Part shown: positions 13,406 to 26,621 of the stretch, in pieces
Position numbering within the stretch: the first letter of the stretch is position 1
Layout of the letters: each line of letters begins with the position of its first letter
Assembly (NCBI GenBank): GCA_051294375.1
Contig: CM119266.1
Location: 10,577,571-10,641,570 of the forward strand
Direction of reading: 5' to 3'
Length of the DNA stretch: 64,000 nucleotides
From: Paraspadella gotoi
Lineage: Eukaryota > Animalia > Chaetognatha
Position numbers and translations under genes: made by a program
The notes under the pieces: model-generated
The model's input: the letters and a program-made list of their open reading frames with translations, nothing else
What the model was told of the DNA's origin: nothing
Database searches by the model: none

Positions 13406-14379
13406 CAGTGATTTAGAGAAAAGATTATTTTCTCATCTTAGGAGTTCGATGCAAAAATTTCCAACACTTTTTTTTTATATCTGTAACTCAACATCGCCTC
13501 TCGAATTACGGGAACTTATGACTTTCTTAAAAACAAAGAGAAATAATTAAATATATCATTAACAAAAAAAGCCAATTAGACAGGCGGATCTAAGAAAACC
13601 AAACACAGTAACATGACTTACATTACCACCAACGCTGCGATAATAAAAACATTACCCACCCTTCGATTCCTCGACATCGCGGTCAAAAGCCACTCCAATC
13701 TTTTGCGCACCCCATTTTGCATCCACCACGCCCCCCTTCTCGAACGGCACCATCTGCCTCGGAATTGGTCCTCGCATCTCGTCCCCGAACGCGCGGACGA
13801 CGACGACGAAGACGCTGACGACGACGACGACGACTCTTCGATGTTTAATCCCTTTAGAGGAACGACTTTGTAAATGGAATTCTTGGATTTCTTTTGTTTA
13901 TCCAGTGTCGCCCGAATTCGCCCCGAAACGCCGCCTGATGAGACGACGAGGGAACGGAGGCGGGTTCGGGGACTCGCTAGCGGTTGGTGGTTTGGGGATG
14001 GGGGATGACGACGACGACGGCTTAGGGAGAGTGGTTAGGGGATGGCGAGGGTCTGCTATTTAGGGTTAGGGGAAGAGAAAGTTTTAAAAGGGTGGGGATT
14101 TAAGTTAACTTCACAAGCCAATGCCCGCTCAAAAAACTCATAAATCCTTAACAAGTTTCTCTAGTTTCTCCTTGCATTTCTTCCCCCTTCTCCTTTCCCC
14201 TCCCATTTCTCCTCTTCTTCCTCCCCCCCTTCTACCCCCCTCGAACCCCCGCCCCATCCTTCCTCGTGTGCCGCAATCCAATCAAGGGTCCATTCTCTGT
14301 GGGGATTGCCTTCCGAGACGTTTTCCTCCCCGACTTGGACTCGAATCGAGACTATAATTGCTTTCGCTCCTTTCCTCTT

Positions 14380-14660
14380 TCTCTTTTCGCCTTCTTGTCC
14401 CTCTTTTCGCCTTCTTTGTCCTCTCTTTCGCCTTTTTTGTCCTCTCTTTTCGCCTTCTTTGTCCTCTCTTTTCGCCTTCTTTATTCCTATGTTGGCTTTC
14501 ACATCATCATTCTCTTGTTTTTCTCTCGGCGTTCTCTTCGTTATATCTTTGATTTGTCCATGTCCTCTCTTTGCTTCCTCTTTGACCTCTCTTGGCCTTG
14601 ACGTTGTCCTCTCTTTGCTTCCTCTTTGACCTCTCTTGGCCTTGACGTTGTCCTCTCTTT
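14380..14660. repeat. Compound minisatellite: ~5 x 20-21 bp unit (ctcttttcgccttctttgtc) followed by ~2.3 x 44 bp unit
   Basis: Units read directly. The 44-mer tgtcctctctttgcttcctctttgacctctcttggccttgacgt occurs at 14561-14604 and 14605-14648. Confidence 0.85.
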
Positions 14661-17600
14661 CTTTTCTCTTGATTATCCCTTCTTGTGTATTCCCTCGAGT
14701 GCTTTACCCGCTTTCAACATTTACATTTTTTTTGGTTAGTTTTGTTTGCCAAATAATTTTCAATTTTATCAATGATTAAATGATTTAAAATGATTTATTT
14801 TTCAAACTTCTTGATATCTTTTTCCTCTTTCCCTTTTCCTATTTTCATTTTATCTTTCATCTTCCATCTACGTCCTTCGTATCTCCAATTTCCTCCTTTC
14901 CTCCTCTTTCATCTTCCAACTCAGTTTATTCCAAGATGGAATTGGACCCAAGGGACGAGCCCCATTCAAAAAGTCTGGACAACTGGACAATCTCTCTCTC
15001 TCGCTCTTTTTCTCTCTACTCTCTCTCAATCAACTCTGTCTCTCAATTACGCGAGTGCCCATTTCTGTGGGTGTCCAGTTGTGGGTGTCGGGAATGGAGA
15101 TGACCTTCCCGCCCATCGCGAAACCCTCTCCCCAATTTAACCACACCCACCAAAGAAGAGATGGTTAAGTCCGGTTCGATGTTTTTCTCGTGAGGGGGAG
15201 TTCTCTCAATCTTTTTTTTTTCTATTTTGCNNNNNNNNNNTCTTAATTTCTCGGCGATACGGCCTCATGGGTTAATGAAGCGAAATTCAAACGCCGGACT
15301 GGGGCGGCACGCTTCTACTGTGAATTTTTAGCCATTTTGGAGTGGAAAATTTCACCTGGTGAGTTGTGACCATTTCGTGGTGGCATTGCGTAGAGATTAT
15401 TTATTGGCTCAGTGTTGGAGAGAAGATTTTCTTCACCCTTCGAGTCTGAGATTTTCGGCGCCTATATAATTTTCTTTCTCTTTAATCTCCTACTGTTTCC
15501 CACGAACATAAAACTTAAGGGTTTCGATGGCAAAAGGAGAAGGGGATTCGCAGCGGATCGGTTACGGTCGCCAAAGGGCGAGGTCGCGAAATATTTTGGT
15601 CCGCCTCCGAGTCGTTACAGCGTCATCTCTTGGTGCCGGGACGAAGCGTCGACGCAATGACGAACGGCAGAAATGGCGCGGCGCTGCGCCATGCTTCACT
15701 AACGCCCCCGGAGAACGACGAAGAGGACGACGACGACGAAAGCGACGATCGAAAATAATTTTTTTTCCCCGCTGTTTAATTCTGTTTTCTCGCGAAAATT
15801 TAAATGGGCGTCGCTTCGCGTTATCGCGTCCATCTCTTCCCAGGGATATGAGCCGCTCTCTGCTCTCTCTCTTTTCAGGCCGCGTCGTCGGTCAGTTGGT
15901 CATAAAACGAAATAGCTCTCTGTCTCGTTCTCCCTCTCTTTTTCCCTCCCTTCTCTCGCTGGCTCTCCCTCTCTCAATTTACGATAACCGGACTTAATCG
16001 AATTGTTTTCCTCTCTCGATCGACGCCGATTAAAAAAATGGCGCCGCCCCGCGGAGATTCGATAAAATTGATGGGCGGCGACGATTTTGACGAAAGGGGA
16101 GGCGCCGGCTCGGAGCAGAGGGGTGGGCGAGGCGCTTGGGTGGGGCGCCGTGGACGCTCTCGTCGGTTTATGACGAAACCAAAGGCAGGTTTTTTTCGGG
16201 TGGGAGAGACGGAAGGGAGAGAGAAAGTTAATTCGAAAGCAAGCGAAACAATATGTTTTGGAAATTAATAATTTAAATCAAATAATTTGTTAAACATTTT
16301 TTCGGTTCTATTTAACAAAATGTCAATTAAAACATATTATCATGTATTTCGATACAAATATGAAAATACTTTCGTCTTTCGTCTGAAGAATCTAACCGAT
16401 TAAACTTCCCATCATAAAAGCATCTCAGCCACATTCCCCCCCCCCAACCTCCACACTCCCTCCTTTTTTTGTCTCTGTCCCTCGGGAGCGCGCGCCGCGT
16501 CGAGTTGGCGCGCGGGCGAAAGCGCGCGCTCGCACGCTCCGGCGCGTGCGCACGCAGAGACCCTGCGAGAGAGACCCCTGGTGGCCTAATCCATCTCGAT
16601 TTGCTCAAAAGAGGCGCGCTCTCTGTGATTTAGTTTGCACCAAATTTGCACCAAATACTAAATTATTCAAAGTTTTTCTCTCACTCTCTCTCGCCTGCGC
16701 GCGCGCTCTCTCTCTCTTTCGCCCTCTCTCTCTCTTTCCCTCTCTCTCTGTCGCGCACGCGCTTTCGTTTTCGCCTTCGTGTGTCTGTTTCTCTCTCACT
16801 CTCTCTCTCGGCAAGACTAGTCGAAAGGGACCAGGGTGGGTTATCGGGGGCTTCGATATCGGAAAAAATCCGACGAACAAAATAAGATTACACTGGAGTT
16901 TAAAAAGAAAGATTCTGCTTTATATTTTACAATTACATCCCCAACCACCTCGAAATGGGCTCCACCCTTATAAAGCACCCCGCCAGACTCTCCACTCCGA
17001 GAAAGGCTTTCCTCCCTTCGATTAGACTGCAAAGAAAGATCAAGATTTCCCCAGTCGTCGTCGCGAATCTCAAAAGCGAAATTCCCCTCTCGCTCTCTCT
17101 CTCGCTCTCCCTCTCGCCAGCACTCCAATCGCCACCACGGCGCACCTTTGCAACGAAATCCTTCTTCTTATCGCCTTTCCACTCTTCTCTTTAGACGACC
17201 AACACAATGATAATGCTCCTCTCTCTCTCACGTTAAATGACGTCAAATTCGCTTAAGACCATCAGATGCGGTTACACTTAGTTGACGTCACGATGTCACA
17301 TTTTCACTTTTTTTTTTCAAAATTAATTTCTTTAACAATTTTCTGAGCGGAGGCTTTGATAAGAAAGTTGGCGGAGAAGGCGGTAACGGAGGCCGGTCAT
17401 TGGCTAAGCAATCTAGGAGAACCTCGGAAGAATCAAATGTAGGCGGCACGCCCTTTGATCAGCGACTATCTCTCTCTCTCTCTATCTCTCTCTCTCTGCA
17501 AGGAATTCGGGATCCTTTTGATGTCGCCAAACGCGAACCATCGGTCCTACCCTTCTTTGTCCACCCTGTCTCCTTCTCAAACCCCTCTCTCCCTACCCCA

Positions 17601-20600
17601 CTAACCCCCCCCTTCTTTGCCCGGATTCGATTCATCACGAGCATAAAGCCAAAGACGGTCCCACCTTCGCTTCCTTCCTTTTGCTTTAAACTAATTTCCA
17701 TTAGACCAAAGGGAAATCCCCCTTTGCCGAAAAATTCTTTCCTGGTTTGGAGAAAGGAAGGAAAGAAGAGGGAGAGGAGGAAGGAATGAGGAGGGAGAGG
17801 AGAAAGAAGAAATAAAAAAGACAAAGTATATATAAACTATGTAAAAATATAGAAAACAAATTTTTACTAATAAGTCCATTTCCCAAAGAAAGAAAATTTG
17901 AACACATCAGAATCGCTAAAAAATACATAAAAAAAACGAATTTTGTTTTCTGCTAAAAAAAAAAAATTGCTGAACAAAAATAAAATATTTTAATTCACGA
18001 ATAGTTTATATAGATTATAATTAAATAATAATACAAAATAATAATTCTATATTTATAAATATAAACCGTCAAGAAAAAAAACGGAATAAGAAACCGGGAA
18101 AAGATTAAAACTCATTCAACTTGCAACTTCCCCGCTTTTTTTCTTCTCCACTGTTTTTCATCACAGTTTTTTATTTTTATTTTTTTTTATCCGCGAAAGA
18201 TGGCGGGGATTGCCATGGCAACACGGAGTTAATTAGCCGGTTAGCGATCATCGGAATCGAGGATAAAACATACAACAAACCCTGCGCGCGCGCGGAAAAA
18301 AAAAGAGAGGTCTGGTTGTCCACGCCGACGACGACGCCGACGACGACGACGCCGAGGGAAGACAGTTTCCGTCCTCGAGGATTGGCTCTGGCCAAAACAA
18401 AAGCTTTCCCTCCGGGTAGATATATTCTTTTTCTCCGAGCAATAAGCCTGCAATCAGGGACAAAACAAGACCACGTGACTTTGCCAATGCAGAGTGGCGC
18501 GACCCCGGGGGAGTGAAGATTGGGGGAGGGGGTGAGGGAGGAAGTTTGGGGAGAGTGGTTTTGAGTGGGCGGGTTCGAGTTTTTGGTGGTAGCGAGAGCG
18601 CGTGCAGGTGGATTGGAGGATTCGGCCGTGCGAGCCTTTCCGTGGCGCCGGTGACTTTAGCGGCGCCAGCGGCGCCGGAACCGAAAGTGCGACGCCGACG
18701 TCGCCGGCGAACGAAGTCGGTTTTTTCCCTGTCGCAGTTGAAGAAAAGATTTCAGCGCCAAAACAAATAAAAAACTGTTTTGTGTTCCTGTTTCTTCCAA
18801 AAAAAAAAAAAAAAAAAGGAAATCAAGTGGGAGGGAAGAGACGAGTTTTTGAAGAGGAAACAAATTCATATTTTTTGGAGGAAAGAAAAAGAAAAGAATG
18901 GCGAAGGCAATTTGTATCTGTTGGCCGTTTGAAGATCGTCGCGGGACAAAAAGAAGAAAAGAGAAGGAAAGTAAAAGAGAGAGAGAAAAAAAAAGACGCT
19001 AGCGTTTATACGAGAAAATGAGGCGATAACAGAGACTCACAAATGGCTCCCTCGTTCTCTCTCTCTCCTCTCTCTCTCTCTCGCCGGGTTTACGAAAAAA
19101 ATTCATTTTCCCGTCGCCTTTCCTTCGCCACCATCCCCTCTCCCCCCCAAACCACAACACCCCCCCCCAACATCCCTTGACCCCTTCCTTCAATTCGCCT
19201 CCTTCAATTTTCTCCGCCCAAAGATGCAATTTCTTCTTTTCTCCCTTTTTTTTCCCCTTTTGGCAAAAAAAAATCTTTGGCCAAATGATGTTCTTTTTTC
19301 TTTTCTTTTACTTTTTTTTTTTCTTTTTCTTTTCTTTTCTTTTTTTTGACTTCTTTTTCTTTTCTTTTCTTTTTTCTTCTTCTTCGGCTTTACCTCCAAA
19401 AAAGTTCCTTTTCTCTCTCTTCCCGATTCCCGACGCTTTTCCTCGGTCACCTTTTCCTCCGCCAATTTCTTTTCTTCTTCCTCCTTTTTTCTTCTTCTTC
19501 CTCCTTTTCTCCTTCTCCTCTTCGCCTTCCTTCTTACCTCCGGTCCCACTGGGTTTTCATCTCTTTTCCTTAGCCTCCTTTTTCTTCAATACCAGAGTGG
19601 ACAAAGCCCACAGTCTGTACCAAAGTTTTCGAGAGGAAAGTCTTACTGTTTAATATTGATAGTCATATATCCGAGTTTGGCCTCCGTACATTTGAATGAT
19701 AATTCTAATTCTTAATCAATGACCATAATTACTTTGTTATTCATAGTGCTAATAATAACGAACAGTTATTAGTAATGTTCTAATTCCCCCCCCCCAAACT
19801 CGCCAACAGCTCGTTCCAGACTGCCGCGAGGAAATGGGAAAGTACGTCCCTGGGGTCTCAGCTCTGCGCGCGAGATTGGACCTGGCAGAGTGAGACGTCC
19901 CCAAGCGCCGAGACGAGTTTTTGGCGTCGGCGATCGACGGTCGCGCCTTTCGAGGGCGAGGTGGGCGTGGCAAGGCCGGTTGGCGGCGTCCGTGTCCGCC
20001 TCGCCTTCCACCAAATTCACTCACAAGCCCGCAGAACCCTTTGGTCACCCACACCCAGGCCACCTCAGCTACCTCATCCGTACAAATCCACTTTCTTAAC
20101 CTTCCATCCCAAACTTTCCCCACCCTCTCCCCAAATTCTTTCCCCCCAATCTTAGAGTCTCTCGAGATTTTCGACGAAAGCAGATTTCTGGAAAATGAGT
20201 TGAGTGCGCCTGGACCCCGCGGGGCGCCAGGGGGACGAGGAGTCCACCCCTGGTCGCCCCTAATCCATTCATCTTGTGACCCGCCACACCCTATCCACAA
20301 ACCCTAACCTCTCTATCCTAAACCCTTTCCCCTCGCCCGCCTTCAAGAGGATTTGCATCCAGGATTCCCCGATCCCGCGCATACGGCATGGATGATCCCG
20401 GCCGGCAGGGATGATCTCAGACGGCATGGAATGATCGCATACCATTATGAGGAATGGAATGGAATCAACTTATGGAAGAGGAGGAAGTCTGCCTCTCATC
20501 CTCTTTCGAGGTGCCGCGGATTTCCGTGAAATATTGATGTCCTTTGAAGAGCGGCAGAAATTACCTTCTTTTTTTTTAATATTTCGCTCTTAGCCTGTCA

Positions 20601-20848
20601 CAACAAAAACATTGAAAGAGAAGTACATCTCGATGACTGCCTGTCACTTGAACGGTATTTGAAAAGGAGAGAAATGGAAAGATAAAGGAGATAAAAAGAG
20701 GAGAGAGAGAGAGAGGGTCACTCGACTTAAAGGCCAAAACCCTTTTCTTGGGTCTTCAACGACGAATTTCTCTTTTGGCTGCAGAAGTATACAACTCCCG
20801 GGGGAAGTCGCCGATGGAATGGAGAGGCTGGGGGGAGGGGGAGAGGAG

Positions 20849-20883
<35 letters not shown>

Positions 20884-23636
20884 CTTTCTGAAAGGGAAAA
20901 GGGGATAAGAAAACGGGAGTAAGTCTGAAAGGTGAGCGAGGTTGAGGGAGTATCGAGGCGAGGGGAGAACTTAAAGGGGCGAAACAGAGAGGCGAAGTGA
21001 GGGGCGAACGAGAGCAAATAGCCATAGGAAGACAGAAAGATGAAAGTATACAACTCCCCTTGGAATTCGACGCAGATGATGCCAAGGATATCCGAAGCTC
21101 TCGCACGCGCGCGGGCGTGTGCGAGATGAAACTCGTGCGAATTGAGACACCGCGCGCGCATGCGCAAAAGAGAGAGAAAGAGAGTGACGGCGGTGTGGAG
21201 GTCGCCAACACGTCCGCAGAATTCTCGTGAGGTTTTCCCAGAGTCCGTCGTGGATGCGCGACCGACTCTCTGCGCCGGCATCGCCGCCTCCGCCGCCGCT
21301 AACGAGGAATTCATTTCCGGGATTAAGTTGCGACGGAGTCTTTCTTCTTCTTCTTCTTCTACTTCTTCTTCTTCTTTTGTGTCGCGATTCGAAATAGTCG
21401 TCGTCGGGATCGTCGTCGTGGTAGTCGTCATCGTCGTCTTCAACAACACTTTTTTTTTCTAATTAAAATTTCTAATTAGGATTCGCTGCGATGTTTTCTC
21501 TCTCTGTCTCGCTCTCACTTCTGTCGACGATACTTTTATTCATCACTTCCGAGTCGCGTGTCTCTCTCTCTCGATCCCCAAATGACTTCCCTCTTTATTC
21601 CCATTTCCTCTTTTAAATCTCGTCCGCCATTTTCTTTTCGCTTTTAAGTTTTCCTTGACGCTCGCGGATTAATCGCGCGGAGACGCTACGCCTCCTTAAC
21701 TTCGATTTCATCAACGCCATATACTCGTTGCCTTACCTTTCTTTACTCTCTACAGCTTTAACTTAGTCGCCTTTAAATCACTGACCTCACCTTCGCCACC
21801 CTCGAACTTGAATCACTCCCGGTTCACCTTCGGTCTAATCACCAACCCCCCCTCCCCTCCTCCCTTTTCACTACTCACCTCACAGAAGAAGAATAATTTT
21901 GCATGAATTAGATCGCGTTTTCTCGGACGTCGTTAAGATGTACGTCTGGCCTACAATATTATGCGTACAGCGCCCGTGAGGGTCCGTCGCGTGCCTTACC
22001 CCCTCCCCGCCTCACTCTCCACCGTCTCCACTCCCCGCCCACGGCCCTCCCCAAACGTAAAAACCCGCCCCACATCACCCTTGGCTACTAATGGGGCCAA
22101 TCGGACAGAATTCTCGGCGTCCGAAGATGGAGGACGAGCGAAGAGAGACGTGAATGTATAATTTTTTTCTTGTGTGCGTGTGCGTGCGTGCGAATTTACG
22201 CGCGCTTGCGTGCAGATTACGTTGGTAGTGAAACAAAAAGAAAGCAAACCGCGTGGGCGGTGAAAGTTTTGTTAAACGTGGGGACGAATATCGCCTATTT
22301 AGATCAGTTATTTAAACTTTTAAATAACATTAATAAATATATTTAACTAACGGTTAAAAAAAAAGTTTCCTCGTTCACTCGCCAGTTTTTTTCTCTCTCC
22401 TTTAACTTCCCTTCTTTCCCCCCCGACGCGTTTCGGTCGTAAAGAGGGAGCATTTCGCGGAAAATGGGGGGAGTGGGTGGGGGAGGCGACGCAGAATGAG
22501 GTAAGTTCGAGACAAAGCGTGGGCGACGACGACAACGACCACGAGGAAAACCACAACAACGACGCTGAGTACGAGAAGGAAAACGAGGCGTAAACGACCC
22601 CTGGAAGTTNNNNNNNNNNTTGGGGGGAGGTATAGGGGGGCGTGAGACGTCTCCCGCGTCGCCCTCTTTTTTTTTCCTCGACAGCGACCGATCGGTCAAA
22701 AGCGGTCACCGACGGTCAACGACGGTCAATGGTGTCCGTGCCCTCACTGCCCTCCATTTTTGTTCTTGGAGAGTGGGGAGAGGAGAACAGCAAAGATTAT
22801 CATCCTCTCGCTCATCATGCAAATAGTAGAGCCAATCACCTCCTCAAACTGGAAATAAAAGTCTCACGCATTCTTGTCGAAACTTTCTACTTTTTTTCCA
22901 TTTTTTCCGCGGCGCCGATAAACTAGCGCCACCGAGATAATTCGCTGCCTCCGACGCCGATCGAAAATCGTTCATCCATCGGAACTGATTTCCATTTTCT
23001 TTACGTCTCAGAATTCGTGTAACGGTTTAAAGACGAATACGTGAGAGGAAAGAGTGAACTGCGTTTTTCGAGTGAGAGCCCCAAATCGCACCCACTCACC
23101 CATCTCGGCGCCCCCATGACTTCCACCACACCTATTCTCGTAGGTGGCGTTGCGTTTTGCTTTCGGCTTAGCATAATGCTTTTTTGATGTAGCCTTCAAA
23201 CGACGAAAAGAAAAACGAGGCCTTATTCTCTTTTGTTCCTTTTTTGTCCTTTTCTTTTTTAAACTTTCCCTTTATCTTCTTTGTCACCCTATCTTTTTAT
23301 CACATCCGTAACATTCACCACAGCTCTCGGCTACAGCACTCTCGCGAGCAGACGCGATCACCGACGATCGCATGGGATAAGAGAGAGAGAGAGACACAGA
23401 GAGAGAGAGAGACAACCGGATTCCCGAGCGAGATAGCGTCGTTGCAAAGAGTAAAGTCTTTCCTATCGCACCTGATATTCCATCGGATTTAAATGTCATA
23501 CCGAATGGATAAGACTAAAACAAAAGTCAGTTTTACTACAATCGTGGTCTTATAATTTAAAAAGTAATGTTTTAAATCGTCTTTTGTAACATTTAATCTT
23601 AATTCTCTCTCGCGCACTCTCTTTCTCTGTTTATTT

Positions 23637-23679
<43 letters not shown>

Positions 23680-23881
23680 AGTAAGAGAAAGAGCCGTTAG
23701 CATTTTAATTCCCCCGTTGGCCCTCTCCTCACCTGGAGTTTTCCCTTTTCCACCCGAAAGCCCCCAACCCACCTCAGCCACAGCTCACCATCCCCCACCC
23801 TCTCTTTTTCGTCATTTCCAGCCCCGGCGGGGTTCCTCGGTGGTCAGCCCCCAGGGGCGCGGAACCGATTGAGGAACGCAT

Positions 23882-23951
23882 TTCCGGGAAGCGTCTCGCG
23901 TCAGGCGACGACGCCGCGTCACGTGATGCGCCCGGTGACGTCACATCCGGT
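23882..23951. promoter_or_regulatory. Candidate intronic enhancer: STAT, E-box, CRE and ETS motif cluster
   Basis: TTCCGGGAA (23882), GTCACGTGAT (23918), TGACGTCA (23936) and ACATCCGGT (23943) all fall within 70 bp. This is motif evidence only. Confidence 0.3.
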
Positions 23952-26481
23952 CGACGTTGCCGAGCGACGGAGAGACGCCACGCGGCGAGGAGAGAGAAAG
24001 AGACAAGGAGAGATAAAGAGACAAGGAGAGAGAAACACACACACAGAGAGAGAGAAACTTCGACGGGAAAAAAGAGAGAGAAAATTCGGAATTGGAAATC
24101 GGAAAATTGGGAAAAGACTTTTCACTTCTCAAAGTTGCTCGTGTATTTTTCTTGTTTTACTATTTTTAGTTTTAGTATCAATGTTTTTAAAGTACTTAAA
24201 CATCAATTTCGATAAAAATGTAAAATACAATAAATTACAATAATATTATAAATTACTAAGCAATGCTTGGACAGTATTAACGTCAAAATCCGTTTCTGTT
24301 TCTAAACTTTCATCTACTTTAAAAAGGAAAATAAAATTGACAAAAGCGTCAGCCACGACCCGCTACAAAAAGTGATAACATACGAATTCGAGTTTAGAAA
24401 AGCCTCATTTAAATCGCCAAAAACGAAGTCAAAAACGGTCGCCAAAGATTTTAAAACGCAAACGGCCTCCTACGTAAAATCCGCGATTCCCTTTTGTTTC
24501 CGATTTTTGATTTAACCCATTTACTTTTCTATTCCTCTTTTCTTTTCTCTTCCTATCTTTCCCTCTCTCTTTCGCATCACTTTCTTGACTGTGGGAGACT
24601 TTTTGGCGACGAAAGAAAGTAAACACCGACGACGGCGACATCAAAAAAAAAAAAAAATGGTTCGAACGACGAACGACGACCACGACGACGAACGATAAAA
24701 CGCCATCTGTAAACAACGTTCCCCCATAACGCCTTTTATCCTCCGCGACGGGTGGCGCCATTGGCGCCGGAGCCGACGCCGCGAGAATCCTGCGAGGTGC
24801 CGACCTCGTGACGTCGCCTCCTGCGCCAGGGATGCCTCGTTTTTCCCGATGCCGTTACAGATGCGAGCATCGGGTTTTCAAACCGAAAGCGAGGCGGCGT
24901 TGGTGGTTTTGTTAACCCGGGGGGCGATGGACAAATTTTGGGGGGGTAGTGGGCGTGATGTAACCGAGTGGTGAGTAAAGAGTCGCAAAACAAAGGCAAC
25001 TAAACGCGATTGTTCTTTTCTTTTTCACAGTTAACTAATGCGACTCATCCCGTCTTTAACCGACGTTACCCTATCTCTATCTCGCTCTCTCTCTCTCCCT
25101 CGGAGAGAAAAATGGCGGCGTTGAATCGCCTATCATCGCCAGAGTCGAAGGTGCGACAAACGCCGACGCATTTTTTATTCCTCATTTTTTTTTTATTCTT
25201 CCTTTATACACACAATCCGTTCGAACGCTTGATAGAATAGGAAGGGATGATATAGAAAAGACTAAAAAGAGAATTCCTTTTTGTTTTCTCGTTTTTCTCC
25301 TTTCTCATGGTTATACAATCCCTCTTTCCTAACCCACCCTCACCCCTCTCTCTTTTTAACCCCCCCCTCTCAGCCCACCCCCCGCATAATGACGAAGTTC
25401 TTCTCCTTTTATTGGCCGCGCCCCCCCTCGACGAGGCTTTCTTCCTCAAACAAGCCGAGTCTCATAAAGTCCCATTCGTAAACAGCATTTTGTAAACATT
25501 TCTCTCTCTCTCTCTCTCACCCGGCCGCGGCCCGTTTCACCCACCCCGCGACCCATAATTCACCCGAATTCAACCACTCCCCTCCTCCCTTTTCTCCCCT
25601 ACTGTGAATCCCCCTCCGTTCGCCGCTCGTGGAAATGAGATTTATAACGACTTTGAAGGTAGCGATGGGGAGGCGGGGGGGGGGAAGGTGAGAGCTGTCG
25701 ATGGAAACCGTTAAATTTTGTCAATTTTGCGGATTTTTTTATGACGGATAACAAAAATAATCTGTAAATAATAACCCCGTTAAGTAATAAAATCCGATTT
25801 TAACTACAAAGGAAATCCAAAATCAACATTTTTCGAGACCAACTTACTCGTCAATGTAAATTTGTTCTCAAGCCCAAATTGACCTCGTTTTTTCCCCCCA
25901 ACACTCGCCACGAGAGGCCGTCATCCCTCCACTCCCGAACCCAACTTCCTCTTAGCAACGCCCCGCCACCGCCGCCGCCGCCCACCCTCGACGCCATGTT
26001 TGAACCCAAAGTCGTTGGTTTCGTTTCCGCATCCGAATTCCGCCCATAAATTTTCGACCCCGTTGTCCCGCTCGTCTTTGCGGTCTCAGATGTCCCCCCC
26101 CGTTCCTCCCCACGGGGATTTAAGATTTGTTTTCTTTCCCCCAATTTATAAGTTTCATTTTTTTACCAAAAAAAATACAATTAAATTTAAATTACAAGTT
26201 CAGAAATAAAACTTTATGTAAATTTGAAGCGCCAATACTTAACTAGGCTAATTCAGATAAGTAAACAAGCTTGTAAGTAAAACTAGTTAATTAGGCCTTA
26301 AATTTCGACTTTTCGGTAACCAATAAAGCGCCAATTTCTTTCAATCAAATCCGCCAATTTACAACGAACCCTCATCTCACGACTTCAAGCCTCCTCTTCT
26401 CCCTCCCCCCTTACATTCCGCCCTCCACTCAAAATCGCGGATCGGGGAAAAAAAATAAGTTTGTATTTTCCATCGACCGAC

Positions 26482-26621
26482 CTTGAGAAGGCGGCGTCGC
26501 AATGGGGACACTTGTACTTCTTGTCTCCGGTGTGGAGTTTCACGTGGCGGTCGCGACTCCGTTTGTGTTTGAAGAGTCGGTGGCAATACTCGCACTTGAA
26601 GGGCAACTGGTCGTTGTGGAC
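26482..26621 (-). CDS. Oaz: Coding exon of Oaz/ZNF423-like gene (C2H2 fingers)
   Basis: 140 bp, phase 0 to phase 2. Translation is [46 protein letters not shown](R), with donor ag|gtcggt. The motif [22 protein letters not shown] is diagnostic of ZNF423/ZNF521/Oaz. Confidence 0.95.

Larger units (their letters stand above)
1..26481 (-). other. Probable very long phase-2 intron of Oaz-like gene (no downstream exon found)
   Basis: The expected continuation (R)SDHLKIHxKTH was not seen by eye. It may lie beyond the window edge or in an N-gap. Confidence 0.6.

Noticed and set aside
14380-14660. CRISPR-like array
   Set aside because: The repeats are head-to-tail with no unique spacers, there are no cas genes, and the context is eukaryotic.
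16485-16560. GC-rich palindromic stretch as a pre-miRNA
   Set aside because: The self-complementarity comes from (CG)n low complexity, and no known mature miRNA was recognised.
20727-21449. Longest ORF (240 aa, minus strand)
   Set aside because: It runs through (CGA)n, (GAA)n and (CT)n repeats, giving poly-T, poly-E and LSLS peptides. No domain is recognisable.
26385-26606. 73-aa ORF as a standalone small zinc-finger gene
   Set aside because: It starts at a TTG inside an exon and has splice sites at 26621 and 26482. It is an internal Oaz exon plus intron read-through.
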